The notes: generated by a model from the sequence alone, not told the origin. Numbered from the stretch's first letter, positions 1 through 13,413 are shown. The stretch is 64,000 nt of DNA from Octopus vulgaris (GCA_951406725.2 OX597816.1:130510001-130574000); one strand, 5' to 3'. Program-made: numbers and translations.

Positions 1-44
1 TATGTATGTATACACACACATATACAAATATATACATACATATG

Positions 45-94
<50 letters not shown>

Positions 95-714
95 CTCACA
101 CATATACACATATATGAGCATATATGCGTGTATATTTACACGTATATATATATTTGCTATTTGCGTATCTACCTTCCGTGTCTATGAAACCGACACAGAT
201 CACTTGTTAAGAACACAATCACGAAAGATACCAAATGGAATAATTTTCGTTGCAAATCTTTTCAGGTGAAAATGAATGTGAACGAAAAAAAAGCCCCCCC
301 CCAAAAAAAAACAAAAAACAAAAACAAACAACAACAAACAAACATTGAAACGAAAATTACAATTACGAAAATGTGAAGGGTGCGGGATTGGTAGTGTTAC
401 TTTGAAGTTGAGTGAAGACTAAAAGAATGTATTCACCCATTGAAGTGATATAAGAAAAACAAAATAAAATAACGAAACAAAAACAATATTTTACCTATTC
501 TTCAGTAAAAGGATAGATAGTTGTCAGACGAGAATTACCGTCCGCCAATCTAACCTCGTTATATGCAGCAGTGACTTTAGATCTTTGATGAAACTAAAGT
601 ATCAGATAACATTACAAGGGTATAAATAAAAGGATAAGTAGTTATTCACCTCACGCATTTGTAAGATAAATAAATTTATATCCTTCTTTATCAACGTTAT
701 TAAACAATGCTATG

Positions 715-1013
715 CAGGGTGGGCCAAAAGTCACGCACAGAATAAGTTCGATACGCTCCGGAATTGTCCAAGACATGCTTCAATTTCAATTTTTCTAAAA
801 TTGAATAAATCAGATATCTTGTCCACCGATAAACAAACAAACAAACAAAGAAACAAACACGACTGAAAACAATACCTCACCTTCGCCAAGGCAGAGGAAA
901 TAATGATGAACACACGCGTACTTGCACATGACGAATAAAATGAATAACATTAATAATAATGTAATATAAGTAAAATGGCGAATGTTTTAGTGCGTGACTT
1001 TTGGTCCACTCTG
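715..1013. mobile_element. Tc1/mariner-type MITE with a nested Helentron/HINE-like terminal fragment
   Basis: 24-bp TIRs CAGGGTGGGCCAAAAGTCACGCAC / GTGCGTGACTTTTGGTCCACTCTG, with TA on the right flank. Internal (AAAC)n plus an ACCTCACCTTCGCCAAGGCAGAGG hairpin resembles a Helentron-associated element end. Confidence 0.75.
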
Positions 1014-1479
1014 TATTTGACTTCATGTATCAGGACTAGGATAATCGGAGGTTGTGTCGTGGAGATAAATAGCTACGATTGAGATTCGAAACCAGAATAC
1101 CACACTCAGTTGGGTGAAAGCTTACTGCGATCTTTACATCAATCATCAAGTTGGCAAGTTATTGTTGTTGTCACTGAACAGTCTTACGATCAAAGGTATT
1201 TAATTTCTGACCACCTCGTCCTTTTGAGTTTTATACAATTGCATTATTTAACTAAATCTTTCCATGTCTATAAAAAAAAGGAATCTTATGAATTAGACAT
1301 ATCTCACAGAATTGTGTATGTATGTATGTGTGTATGTATGTATGTATGTATGTATGTATGTATGTATGTATGTATGTATGTATGTATGTATGTATGTATG
1401 TGGACATACATACATACATACATACATACATACATACATACATACATACATACATACATAGATATACATATGTATTTCG

Positions 1480-1697
1480 TTAACTTGTTTCAGTCACCAT
1501 TGGACTGCACCATGCTAGAGCACTGCCTTGAAAGGTTTAATCGAATTGATCAATTCCAGTACGTATTTTAAAAACTTATACTTATTTTATCGCTTTCTTT
1601 TGCCGAACCACTAGATTACGGTGACGTAAACAAACCAAAACCAGTTGTCAAGCGCTGTTGGGAAACAAACAGAAACGCAAAAGCACATGCACGCGCA

Positions 1698-1788
<91 letters not shown>

Positions 1789-1955
1789 AAATATGTATAC
1801 AGCGAGTTTCTTTCAGTTTCCGTCTACCAAATCTCCTCAGTCTTTGCTCAAGCCAGTGCTATGGTAGAAGACACTTGCGCAAAGTATTGCGCAGTAGGAC
1901 TGAACCCTAGACTAAATGGTTGGGAAGCAAGTCTCCTAACCACGCAGTCACGCCT
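1480..1955 (-). mobile_element. tRNA-derived CORE-type SINE (family A) with internal (CA)n
   Basis: Shares head (GGTTCAGTCC B-box), CORE-like block (cf. CTTGGGCAAGTGTCTTCT) and tail (cf. GCACCAGCATGGCCGCAGTC..TGACTGAAACAAG) with many other copies in the window. Confidence 0.8.
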
Positions 1956-1998
1956 ATAAGCCACACCTGTAAGCCACGCCTATATGTGTATGTATGTA

Positions 1999-2330
1999 TC
2001 TTTTATCTTTTACTTGTTTCAGTCATTAGACTGCGGCCAGACTGGGGCACCAGCTGGAAGAATTTTAGTCGAACGAATCAACCCCAGTACTTATTTGTTT
2101 TTTTAAAAGCCTGGTAGCTTTTTATCGCTCTCTTTTAACCGAACAGTTAAATTACGAGGATGTAAACATATCAACACCGGTTGCCAAGCGGTGTGTGTAG
2201 GGAAACACAGATACAAAGACACACACATATACGACGGGCTTCTTTCAGCTTCCATTTACTAGATTCACTCACAAGGCTCTGGCGGGTCTGAGGCTATAGT
2301 AGAAGACACTTGCCCAAGGTACCACGCACC
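1999..2330 (-). mobile_element. SINE family A, 5'-truncated
   Basis: Tail TTTTACTTGTTTCAGTCATTAGACTGCGGCC and the AGAAGACACTTGCCCAAGGT block. Confidence 0.8.
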
Positions 2331-2421
2331 TACATATAACTTTTCGAAGAACTACATTTTCAGTAAGATGTAATAGTTTATTCGCACACTGGTACAGCAT
2401 ATGGTTAATATACTAACATAT

Positions 2422-3080
2422 TAAGGCGGCGTGCTGCCACAATCGTTTGCACACCGGTCAAAGTGCTTAGCGGTATTTTGTCCGTCTTTAGGTTCTCAGT
2501 TCAAATTCCGCCGAGGTCGACTTTACCGTTCATCATTTAGGTGTCGATAAAATAAGTACCAGTTGCGTACTGGGGTCGATCTAACCGACTGGCCCCCTCC
2601 TCCAAAATTTCAGGCCTTGTACCTCGAGTAGAAAAGAAAATACTAACATATTAAAGCGGCGTGCTGCCACAATCGTTTGCACACCGGTCAAAGACGGCGA
2701 GCTGGCAGAAACGTTAGCACGTCGGACGAATTGCGCAGCCGTATTTCTTCTGCCGTTACGTTCTGAGTTCAAATTCCGCCGAGGTCGACTTTGCCTTTCA
2801 TCCTTTCGGGGTCGATTAATTAAGTACCAGTTACGCACTGGGGTCGATGTAATCGACTTAATACCTATGTCTGTCCTTGTTTGTCCCCTCTGTGTTTAGC
2901 CCCTTGTGGGTAATAAAGAAATAGGTATTTCGTCCGTCTTTATGTTCTCAGTTCAAATTCCGCCGAGGTCGACTTTACCGCTCATCATTTAGTAGTCGAT
3001 AAAATAAGTACTAGTTGATCACAGGAGTCGATGTAACCGACTCACCTCCTCCACCACAATTGCTGACCTTGTGTTAAAAT
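2422..3080 (+). mobile_element. Cluster of tRNA-derived MetaSINE-like elements (family B), nested/tandem
   Basis: GGCGAGCTGGCAGAAACGTTAGC head, GAGTTCAAATTCC B-box and Meta-domain-like GGTCGACTTTGCCTTTCATCCTTTCGGGGTCGAT..AAGTACCAG, three bodies. CTAACATATTAA occurs on both flanks. Confidence 0.85.
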
Positions 3081-3333
3081 GCTAACATATTAATTACATG
3101 TCAGTTAATATGGATAAACTGCATAAAGTGTATTAAACCTTACAGTATCTGATTAAAGTTTTTCCCGGTGACCCAGAGAAATATTTAACGGATAAAGGAA
3201 ATTGATATAGCTGTAGTTAGGGGGTTTGAAATACGAGTAGGTTGGTTCAATATATCACTGATTCACTAAGCTCATCTCACAGATCTGCAAATTCGTTGAT
3301 ATTCATAACTACAAACATGAAGGATGCATCACC

Positions 3334-3362
3334 ATACATACATACATACATACATACATACA

Positions 3363-3393
<31 letters not shown>

Positions 3394-3426
3394 GTTTATG
3401 TGCAAATGTGTATATGTATATGTATA

Positions 3427-3482
<56 letters not shown>

Positions 3483-3516
3483 GGTGTGTGTATGTGTACA
3501 TACATACATACATACA

Positions 3517-3588
<72 letters not shown>

Positions 3589-3590
3589 CG
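3334..3590. repeat. Compound (CATA)n/(TA)n microsatellite
   Basis: Visible directly; explains the YIYI/THTH ORFs here. Confidence 0.95.
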
Positions 3591-3870
3591 CATACCTTTA
3601 TGTATTTGTTTTGCAAGATTCCGTGTACATATGCATAGCATACATACAACATATATACATGTATACCGCACACACACACACATGGGAGAAAGGGGAAGCG
3701 AGAATTATAGAAACGGAGTGAGGCAAAGGAGAAAGAAAAGGAGGAGTAGATAGAGGGAAACAAGAGAAAGAGAAAGGGGAGAGAGAGGGGAAAGGAAGAG
3801 AGAGGGGAGAGGAAGAGAGAGAGTGAGAGCGAGAGAGAGGGGGAGAGAGATTAAAAGTAATATATCATAC

Positions 3871-4015
3871 CTGACCACTGCAGAGTCACTTTGTCGCGGT
3901 TAGCATCATTAAATTCAAGTCCTATTGCCGAGTTGAGTCCAAACAATTTCTATAATAACAGGGTTTACGATCCGATACTCAAGAACTGGCGAAGGCTGAC
4001 ATTATCAGAACGACC
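3871..4015 (-). other. Candidate spliced exon (145 nt), non-coding or 5'UTR
   Basis: Unique, higher-complexity sequence bounded on the minus strand by acceptor TTTTTGTTGTTTTCAACTCTCAG| and donor CAG|GTATGA. All three frames contain stops. Confidence 0.5.
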
Positions 4016-4455
4016 CTGAGAGTTGAAAACAACAAAAACTAGATATTATTTAGAAGACTATTAAAAAAAACAGAAAGCAAAACCTAATTGATTGTTATAC
4101 ATTACCATTAAAGATAGGTTTCTTGTGCCCCTTTTTTTATATTTTGCAAACCATAAGGTTTATTTCCAGTTTTTTTTTAGAATATCATTTGTTTTTTGTT
4201 TTTCTAATTATTTTTTTAACATTTTTTTCTTACTATCCTAGCTGTAGCTCTCTCAAACGTATCACTGCTTTACTACACAAGGAATTAGAAAACTTTTTTT
4301 TCATAATTGATTCGAATATACCGTGTCTAGGTTAAATCGTCGAGTGAACATTTCTGTAGAAAATAAGAACAAATTTCATTCTTCAGAAAATAGACAATAA
4401 TCGTTAATAGAGTAAAAGTTGCAAATATAAATACATAAGCAAACAAACAATTGAA

Positions 4456-4490
<35 letters not shown>

Positions 4491-4491
4491 A

Positions 4492-5001
4492 TATTGGGTT
4501 GTCCAGAAAATTTGTGCCGACTATTAAAGGAAAGAAAAAGGTCAATAAATACTTGCCATTACATTTTTAATCAACCAAATATGAACCATTTTGTTGCACA
4601 ATGCGTCTCCATCTTTCCTTTAACTTGAAAATACCCTCTTCCCAGATTTGAGGTGGTTTCATGGCAAAGAATTCATCAAGGTATCTTTTTACGTCATCCG
4701 AAGGGGCAATATCTGCTGAATATGGAGGGTGGGGTAACACATCCCAGCCGAGCTGCAGCAATTTTTGTCTGGTTCCCAAAGCATTAAATGCCTAAAATGA
4801 ACTTTCTTATCTTCCATTTTAAAGGGTTACAGAATTAACACAGGTTATAGGAACATAAACCCTCTTCCACGAAAAGATAGCTTAAATTATGCTCTAAATG
4901 GAGGCGTAATCAAATTATGTTTTATGGACTCAATCATGTTCTAAAATAAGTCGAATTGTAAGGTCCTATAAATCGGTACGAATTTTCCGGACAACCCAAT
5001 A
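4492..5001 (-). mobile_element. Internally deleted mariner transposon
   Basis: TIRs TTGGGTTGTCCAGAAAATT / AATTTTCCGGACAACCCAA, TA TSD. Transposase remnant LGWDVLPHPPYSADIAPSD...GIFKLKERWRRIVQQNGSY (YSPDLAPSD motif). Confidence 0.92.
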
Positions 5002-5601
5002 CAAGCCTTCTTATTAAAATGATAGTCGAAGAAAACTGTTAGAGGAATCTAATGTTGAGAAAGTTTCTCTTCTTCCCCCTTTTTCGGAAATTTGGTTGTC
5101 ATTTCTCACTTCATAACTTCACTCTTTCCCATTTATACGTTTCGTAAAAATAATTAACACACGCATACATACATACATACATACATACATACATACATAC
5201 ATACATACATACATTAACATACATGCACACATACACACATGCATGGTGATTGCAACTCGATTTCAAGTGATATCATCGCTTGATTGTTCTCGGAGACACG
5301 AACAGCACGAGCGTTGATTTTTAGTCCTGCTTAGGATTGACACACTTTTATAAAGATGTGGCACTTCTTGCAGGTATTATATCAATAGTAGTGTTTTGGT
5401 GAACCTTCATACGACATTTCAGCCGCCTCCCGACACGCATTCATTTCTACACTCCTTGCAAGCAGAGATGCTGTATAATACATTGTTAACATATACACAT
5501 GGTGGCTATTGATTCGTTGAAGAGTATAACCATCACTGACAAATTATCCCATCCTAGATGTCAAAGACAACGGCTGTGTTACGGCAATGCCCGTGCTGAA
5601 A

Positions 5602-6495
5602 TACGAGGTGGTATCAAAAGATTCCCGGACTAGTTATGTTTAATAAAAAAAAATTATTTACCTAAGTTTTAACACCATTCCTTCAAAATAGTCACCTTGC
5701 ACAGCAATACACCGGTCTCAGCATTATTGCCACTTTTGGAATCCGATCCGGAAGTTGTTTTCCATAAGTAAGTCGAGGACCTTCTACAATTTGCTCTGGA
5801 TCTCAACAACGGTGTTAAAATGGCAACCTTTCAGCTGTCTTTTCATCTTGGGGAAGATATGGAAGTCTACATCTGGCGAATACGGCGGGTGCGAAAGCGA
5901 TACCATGTTGTTTTTGGCAAGTAACTCACGACTAGAGAGAGCTCGGTGACAGGGTGCATTGTCATCGTGAAGAAGTAAATTCTTTGCGCTCCACAGATCC
6001 GGTCGCTTTCGCCGAATGCCCTTCCTCAAACGCTTCAAAGCATCACTCTCGATTGACAGTCTGGCCCTGGCGGACGAATTCTCGATGCCCAATACCACAT
6101 TTCCGGGGATGACGCGCGTGTCAAGTCTCCCAGATCACTCATCGTCTTTCAGGAAAGTTCTTCCGCTTTCAAAGCGCCTGTGCCACTCGAAACATTGCGT
6201 ACGACTCATTGCCTCGTCGCTGTCAGCTTGCCAAAGCATGTTCAATGTTTCTGTTGCAGACTTCACAATTTTAACGCAAACTTTCGTGTTGGCTGTTTAT
6301 TCCTGTCCATTAAAAATCTCAGACTACATCATATAAAAACACAAATTTCTCAACTTGCGAAGTAAATACAGTAATGTCACTTGGCACACTGCCTCACGAA
6401 GGCCACTGCTAGCTCTCACTACGTGCACAACCGTGTGCTGCCATCTGTTGGTGCGCTACAGGACTAGTCCGGGCACTTTTTGATACCACCTCGTA
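5602..6495 (-). mobile_element. Decayed mariner transposon
   Basis: TIRs CGAGGTGGTATCAAAAG..CCCGGACTAGT with TA TSD. Remnant LKRLRKGIRRKRPDLW...LLHDDNAPCH...HPPYSPD..DFHIFPKMKRQLKG. Confidence 0.93.
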
Positions 6496-6719
6496 TAAAG
6501 CCAATAACAGTTAGCACAACACACTAAAAACTCTCACCTATAAAGTCAAGTTGTCCAGAAACATCTCCAGTTTCGCAATGAGGCGAGTGTGATTTCGGAA
6601 TTTGCTTCTTCTCCAGAGATGTTTGAACAAGGACTAGTGGTCTCTCAATCCCAACTGTTGGATGGCCGTTGACTCTACTGTGCTTATACGTCCTTTGACA
6701 GGTTTTGGTTTTCATCCTG

Positions 6720-7596
6720 CAGGGTGTTTAACGAAAACCGCCCTCCTTGCGAAAGGAAGATTGGAAGGGTTACAAGTTTAGTCGCCGACAGCCTGACCGT
6801 GCGATTGGTTGTACTGGATTACATGTTACCAAGTAACGTACACACACAAACACACAAATTCTGCATTGGGTTTCGAGTTCCTAGCACACTGCAACATCTA
6901 CAAAGAATCAACTCGACGTTCTCCTCTGTTTACCCGTAACACAATCCTACGTTGGTTGAATGCACTCCGTACACGAAGTACACTAATGAATAGGAGACTG
7001 GTTTGGGCGCCACGAACAGTACGGACCCCGGAAAATGTGGAACGCGTCAAACAAGCTTTGATACGGTGTCCGAATCGCTCTGCTCGGAGGCAGTCCACTG
7101 AACTTGGCATCGGTAATTGATCGGTAAGGCGTATTTTACATGAAGACCGGTAATTTCACCTGTACAAATTGGTCATTAAGCAACAGTTGAGACTACGGGA
7201 CTATGCACAGCAGCTTCGCAAATTTTGAGGCAAATGATAACCTCATTTTGCTAATGATTTGTTCATGTGTGATAATCTCTTGTGGGGAAACCTTGTGGCA
7301 CATGTGTATGCGCATAAACCCCATACATTGGACGGTTTGAAGGAAGCTATTCGCGTGAAAGTCGCCCAAATCGACAGAGCAAAGCTGCAGAGAGTGGAGG
7401 CCAACTTCCAAGAATGCCTTCAGAAATGCATCAATGAAAACGGACGCTACATGATGGATGTTGTTTTCCACACTTAATTTTGTCAAATGCTAATTCAATA
7501 CAAACACGTTGATGTCAATAAAATTTGTTTGCAGCTAAAATTAATGATTTTGTGGAATTTTTTAAAAACGTCCGTCCTCTCTGCCACACGCTGTAT
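6720..7596 (+). mobile_element. Decayed Tc1/mariner-superfamily element (DD41D/rosa-like)
   Basis: Remnants RTVRTPENVERVKQALIRCPNRSARRQS (HTH region) and LLWGNLVAHVYAHKPHTLDGLKEAI...CINENGRY. Degenerate CAGGGTG/CACGCTG ends; frameshifts and deletion. Confidence 0.8.
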
Positions 7597-7645
7597 ATCG
7601 AAGTAAATATCGAACCTACATTCTCAGTTCATGTGTGTGTGCGTG

Positions 7646-7729
<84 letters not shown>

Positions 7730-8596
7730 TTAATACTTTCTTCTTTATATGTTCTTACGCTTGCATTTTATATCCTTATCGATATAGGTAAGCAGAATCA
7801 CTCGTCATAGATTTTAAAAAAATATACACAGTGTTTCTTTCTTGAGATGGTGTGTAGACATGCTGTTGCATATTACCGACTTATGTTTATGTATGTGTAT
7901 TTATGTATATCTAAGTATTTATATATTTTTGTTAATGTATGTATGTTTGTATATCTGTATATCTGTGTATGTACTATATACAACATACTCCAGGAAAAGC
8001 ATTTTTTTTTTTTTCTTTCCTCACTCCTTTTCTGATTAAGGCATAAGGGATATAGTCAGACCAATTTGACAAGAGCTGAATGGGTTAAGAGACCTTGAAG
8101 AAAGTGCTTCTGGGTTCTAGCAAGAACGTGCCAAAATTCACACACCGTCTGCAGAGCATATAAAATTGCTGAAACATTTGACATTGTCTCATGACACATG
8201 CTGAGCAAGAAGCTAGTTTCAGGAAACAACAATGAAATTCAGAAAAGTTGAGCAACTCCATCATCATTTCAAAACAACTACAGCAGTAACAAAACTACAA
8301 TATCAACAAACAACAGCAAAAAACAACAAATATATACATAAACAAAGGCGAACATTGAGAGTTTGTTATGCTTTTTTTTATTTGCCTTTTAAAGACATCT
8401 TATTTTCGTGTCCTTTGATTTATGAACTGGCCTCTTTTTCGACCAGTTTATTTAGATTTCTTTATAACACATCTTCCTCTACTCTCCCCTTTCCTCCTCC
8501 TTCTTCGCTATTTGATTTCTTCATCCTGTATGCCAACTGATGCTTAGTAATAAGTGTAACGTCATACAGGAAGCAATAAGTAGTCAATATCCAGTG

Positions 8597-8628
<32 letters not shown>

Positions 8629-9358
8629 TGTATGTATGTATGTATGTATGTATGTATGTATGTATGTATGTATGTATGTATGGATGGATGGATGGATGTA
8701 CATGTACATACATATATGTAAATCGATATATATATATATACATACATGCACACGCACATATATATATATGCACACACATGCATACACGCACGCACACACT
8801 CACAAACACGCCCACGGCCACACACGTACACGTACATGATTTAAGCAAAAATGAGCCAAAAGAAACAACTCAGAGTGACTTGGGAAATGCATATGAACAA
8901 CATAGACGCATACAGGTATATCAAATACCATACAACATAAATTCTTAAAATTATCTACGCTTCTAGATGATGTGTCATGATTACCAAATGGCAATTAAGA
9001 CCAGCTCCACTTGAGAAGAGGAGATAATCTCAAGAATAAAGAAATTCTCTAAATGTTCACATGACATTATAACTCTCTGTATGTTTGCATGTATATATAT
9101 ATATATGTATGCATGTATGTATGTATGTATGTATGTATGTATGTATGTATGTATGTATGTATGTATGTATGTATGTATGTTTGTATGTATGTATGTATGT
9201 GTGCATGTATGTATGCATGCAGCACGAAGTTTTGTCAGTGAACAGGTCGCGGTTTCAAAGCGACGAAAATATTCTGACACAAATTAAATTTGAATGTTGA
9301 AATGAATCTGACGGTTTTTGTGTTCTTAAATGGCTTATTGACATCTTCTACACTGCAA

Positions 9359-9419
<61 letters not shown>

Positions 9420-9461
9420 GAAAAAACGTTTATAATTATGAACAAATCACAATTATATCTA

Positions 9462-9785
9462 AGAGGGTTGAAAGCCGTTACATATTAAAACTAGTAGCCA
9501 AAACCGCTATAAAGCCATTATGTCACTCATATTATTTCACGTCACGATAAAATCTATCTTCGGGCGACATGACAAATAGAATCCACAACTTGAAAACAAT
9601 TGGTTTATTCCTCTGACGAAGCGAATGGGTCCCCTAAGTGGTCCCTAACGCCGAAATTGCAAAAGGGAATTTACCAATTATTTTCAAGTTGTGGATTCTA
9701 GACAGTTTTTATCGTGAGGAGATATAATGGCTTTATAGCGGTTTTGTCTTTTATTTTTAACATGCAAGGTTTTTTTTAACCCTCT
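9462..9785. repeat. Imperfect fold-back element with a hammerhead-like motif at the apex
   Basis: Arm pairs AAAACCGCTATAAAGCCATTAT/ATAATGGCTTTATAGCGGTTTT and TAGAATCCACAACTTGAAAA/TTTTCAAGTTGTGGATTCTA. Confidence 0.85.
9607..9670 (+). ncRNA. Degenerate type-I hammerhead ribozyme motif
   Basis: Stem I ATTCCT/GGGAAT; core CTGACGA (9613-9619); long imperfect stem II closed by GCG/CGC; GAAA (9653-9656); palindromic stem III TTGCAA. The conserved U16.1 is replaced by A. Confidence 0.6.
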
Positions 9786-9789
9786 AAGT

Positions 9790-11178
9790 CATAGTTTTCC
9801 AAAGTGGTCGATATCGCCTACCGGTGGGCGATTTCAACTTACAGGTGGGCGATGGGCGAATTTCTAGAAAATGGTGGGCAATATGAGCATTTTTGGGTAA
9901 CAATGAATGTTTAGAAATTAAGTCTGCATTTACTGATATCTAGGCATGCCTAAAATAAGGACGCACTTTTATCGATTTGACTACTCACATGAGACGTCCC
10001 TCTGTATTAAAAACGCGGACTTATTTATCGATCGAATATTTTTGTTGCAGTCATTGAGATGGTTGTCATGCGTGCTAAAAATAGCAGCTAAATAGGCATA
10101 GATCTTAAATCACACTCCACTACATTTTTTTTTGGCATAATGAAGTCTCGTGTGTAGAATTCAAATTCGCAAAAATTTCCTGAAAACTCCGAAAAAAAAA
10201 AGGTATAAGGGGTTATATGCCGTGCGTAATTCTGTGGTTTCGTATCAAAACAAAAGTGCTATTTTCAGGATGTTGGCAAAATGCGCAGTCACGCACAAAA
10301 TGACAGCTTTGAAATCGCATTTCTTGACTGAGTGAAAATGATCAAACTTTTTAAACATTTTTCTGGAAAAACTCCAGCAATTTAGCTTAGAAAGGTACGC
10401 TAATGTGCCAAATTTTAAAATTTTCGATAAACTTTAATTTTTGAAATGCTAGCAGCCAAACGAACTAGATCCAATATTTGCTTCAGTAAAGATGTGTCAT
10501 CTGCCTCTGCTCTATTGACTTTTTCTCTTTGGGAATAACATACTGCCTTTCTGATGATATCTGCAGAAATTCGTTTTCACATTTTCACTTTACTGATGCC
10601 TCCAGTTAAGAAAATTTGTCGACAGTACAGTAGTGATTATTTAACACTTGGTTTTATTTCTTCTCTTCAGAACTGTGAGTTACCAATGTGCCTTCGTTGC
10701 ATCAAATGTTGACCAACGAAGCAATGGAACCTTCACCTTTGAAGTATCACGTTGATGCAAAGTATACTGACAAGAAGGACAAGCTGTTATCATACTTTTT
10801 CGGAACTGAGCTCCTCTTTCAAAAAGTAAATACAAACATTCAACACGCTACTCCAAGAAACTAGTAAGCAGGAGAATGACGGGTTAATTGCATCGTACAA
10901 CATTGCATTGCTTATTGCTTAGTCTAGGAAGTTTCACACAATTGGCGAAACATTACTTCGCCCAGTTATCAAAGACGATTGTCAACCGTTATGCACGAAA
11001 ATCCCGATAACATTATAAAGAAGATCCCTCTTAGTAATAACACAATTTCCCGAAGCATCGATGAAATGACCAACGATGTCAAACATCAGCTCATTAATAT
11101 TCTCCAGCGTTCTGAATTTTCTATACAAGTAGATGAGTTAACTGTTGTGGACAATCAATGTTTGATGATGGTATATGA
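9790..11178 (+). mobile_element. hAT (Charlie/Buster) transposon, 5' part, transposase pseudogene from about 10596
   Basis: Degenerate 5' end (TTTTCCAAAGTGGTCGATATCGCC). Frameshifted ZBED5/SCAND3-like peptides RQYSSDYLTLGFI...LPMCL, ASYNIALLIA..KFHTIGETLL, IPLSNNTISRSIDEM...FSIQVDE. Truncated at the left arm of the large inverted repeat. Confidence 0.88.
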
Positions 11179-11408
11179 TGTTGCTAGTTAAAGATAAAAA
11201 AGAAGGAAAGAAAGAACAAAGCAGAATCGAATAAGGTGTGGTAGGAGGGGGAGAAGAGAGGAAGAGAAATGTATGAAACATCGTTCATGAAGAATATCAA
11301 GTAGGAAAAAGAAAAAGAAGAGAAATAAGATACATTGAAAACCTCTGTATGTATACTCACGCTCGTATACGCACACAAATAAACATGCATAAACATAGCT
11401 ACATAAAT

Positions 11409-11443
<35 letters not shown>

Positions 11444-11917
11444 CATGTATATACATATATACATAAACATACATACATACACAATACATATATACACATA
11501 CATATGTATTCATAACAGTGTGATTTGGTATATTGAATATCAAAATAAAATAAAAGTTATTGAAAAAAGGAATAAATTAGGGGAATTTCATAGGTGTAGA
11601 TTAAATAAAAATCATATTTTATATGGAATAAAGTCAAAGTTGACCTCGGCGAAATTTGAATCCGAAGCTTAGCAACTGGCGAAATAACGCAAAACATTTT
11701 TGTCCTGCTCACTAAAGTTCTGTCAGCATCGTCGCCTTATTAAGAATGGTAATAATAATGATAAATACAATGATAGTAAAATGGTTAAATAATAAAGAAT
11801 AAATATAATAAAAGATATATAAGTTACAAAAGAATTCGTTCGGGTATTCAATATCTCTAAAACACATTTTGGCCGATTGTAGATGCACTTTTAATAGGTA
11901 TGCATAAAAAAATCAAC
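11179..11917. repeat. Left arm of a ~750-bp inverted duplication
   Basis: Reverse complement of 12928-13691 along its length (e.g. TGTTGCTAGTTAAAGATA / TATCTTTAACTAGCAACA; TTCGGGTATTCAATATCTCTAAAACAC / GTGTTTTAGAGATATCGAATACCCGAA). Confidence 0.92.
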
Positions 11918-12391
11918 GTTGAGAGGTTATTATTTGCTAAATTTCAATGAAAAAAGAAAAAACGTTTACGAGGTTTAAAAAGGTGCATTTAAGAGTAAAA
12001 GTACAATAAATTAAAGAAAATAAAAATAAAAAATAAATAAAAATAAAAATATAAATATATAGTTTGTATCTAGTCGAAGCTTTTCTTGGAAGGCGAAAGT
12101 GTAAAATGAAAGTTAATACAAAGTGGTACCGGTTTTAGGTTAAAAGGTCAAATTCAAATGTGAAAGCCAATGTTACTCGTACGGTATTTTTTCGCTCGAC
12201 ATTTTATACTTCGTGGCGTGTCTGCAGGAATTTAAAAGTTCCAATGTTTGGTTCAATGCGTATTTATCCTGGAACGGAATGAGACATTTTTCAGTGAGGC
12301 ACTAATTGCACCTCATTTATGACGATTTCACCGGGGTTAAAAAGAGCGAGGATTCTTTATTCGATGTAGCGATGACTGGGCCGAATTATGT

Positions 12392-12922
12392 ATGCTTCTA
12401 GGAGCTTATATTCTACACAACCTGAATCTGGAATTCCCTTTTATAGATGCAGGATTATACGGAGATGACGGTCTAATAATCACCCGTAATATGAATGGCC
12501 ATTTGTTAGATAGACTTAGAAATAATCTCATGGGCTTACGAATAACGACAGAAACTAACCTTAATAATGTAGATTTTTTAGATATTAACTTAGATTTGCA
12601 ATTAGATAAATTTAAACTCTACCGTAAGCTCAATGAAAAGCTATATTATATTAACAAAGAGTCTAATCATCCACCCGTAATGCTTAAGAATCTAGTTAAC
12701 AATATAGGAAGGTGCATATCTTCCATATCTTCAGAGGAGACAGCGTTCCAAAATGTCGCGCCGTATTATAATAATGCATTAAGAAACAGTGGATTCTCGA
12801 AGATCCAGTATAATCAAAGTACAACTAGCAATAATAGAACACGTAGAACTATAACTAGGAAAGTTTTATGGTTTAATCCGACATATAATATTGTTGTAAA
12901 AAGCAAAATAGGGAATTCTTAA
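12392..12922 (+). pseudogene. Penelope-like retroelement reverse transcriptase fragment
   Basis: GLYGDDGL (YxDD), VDFLDINL, YINKESNHPP and WFNP motifs typical of the PLE RT/thumb/linker. Truncated at both ends. Confidence 0.9.
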
Positions 12923-12927
12923 AACTA

Positions 12928-13413
12928 GTTGATTTTTAATGCATACCTTAATAAAAGTGCGTTTACAATCGGCCAAAACGTGTTTTAGAGATATCGAATA
13001 CCCGAACAAATTCTTTTGTAATTTATATATTTTTTTATTATGTATATATTTTTTTTATTACTTAACCATTTTACTATCATTGAACTTATTTATCATTATT
13101 ATTACCATTCTTAATAAGGCGACGATGCGGACAAAACTTTAGTGAGCGGGACAAAATGTTTTGCGTTATTTCGCCAGTTGCTAAGCTTCGGATTAAAATT
13201 TCGCCGAGGTCAACTTTGACTTTAATCCATATAAAATATGTTTTTAGTAATTTAATTTAATTTTATAATTGATATTTTTTAATCCACACCTATGAAATTT
13301 CACTAATTTGTTCTTTCTTTCAACAACTTTTATTTTATTTTGATATTCAATATACCAAGACACACAGTTATGAATGTATATGTATGTGTATACATGTATT
13401 GTGTATGTATGTA

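Noticed and set aside
497-594. Possible minus-strand exon reading FHQRSKVTAAYNEVRLADGNSRLTTIYPFTEE*
   Set aside because: Weak acceptor and donor, ends in a stop, no recognisable homology.
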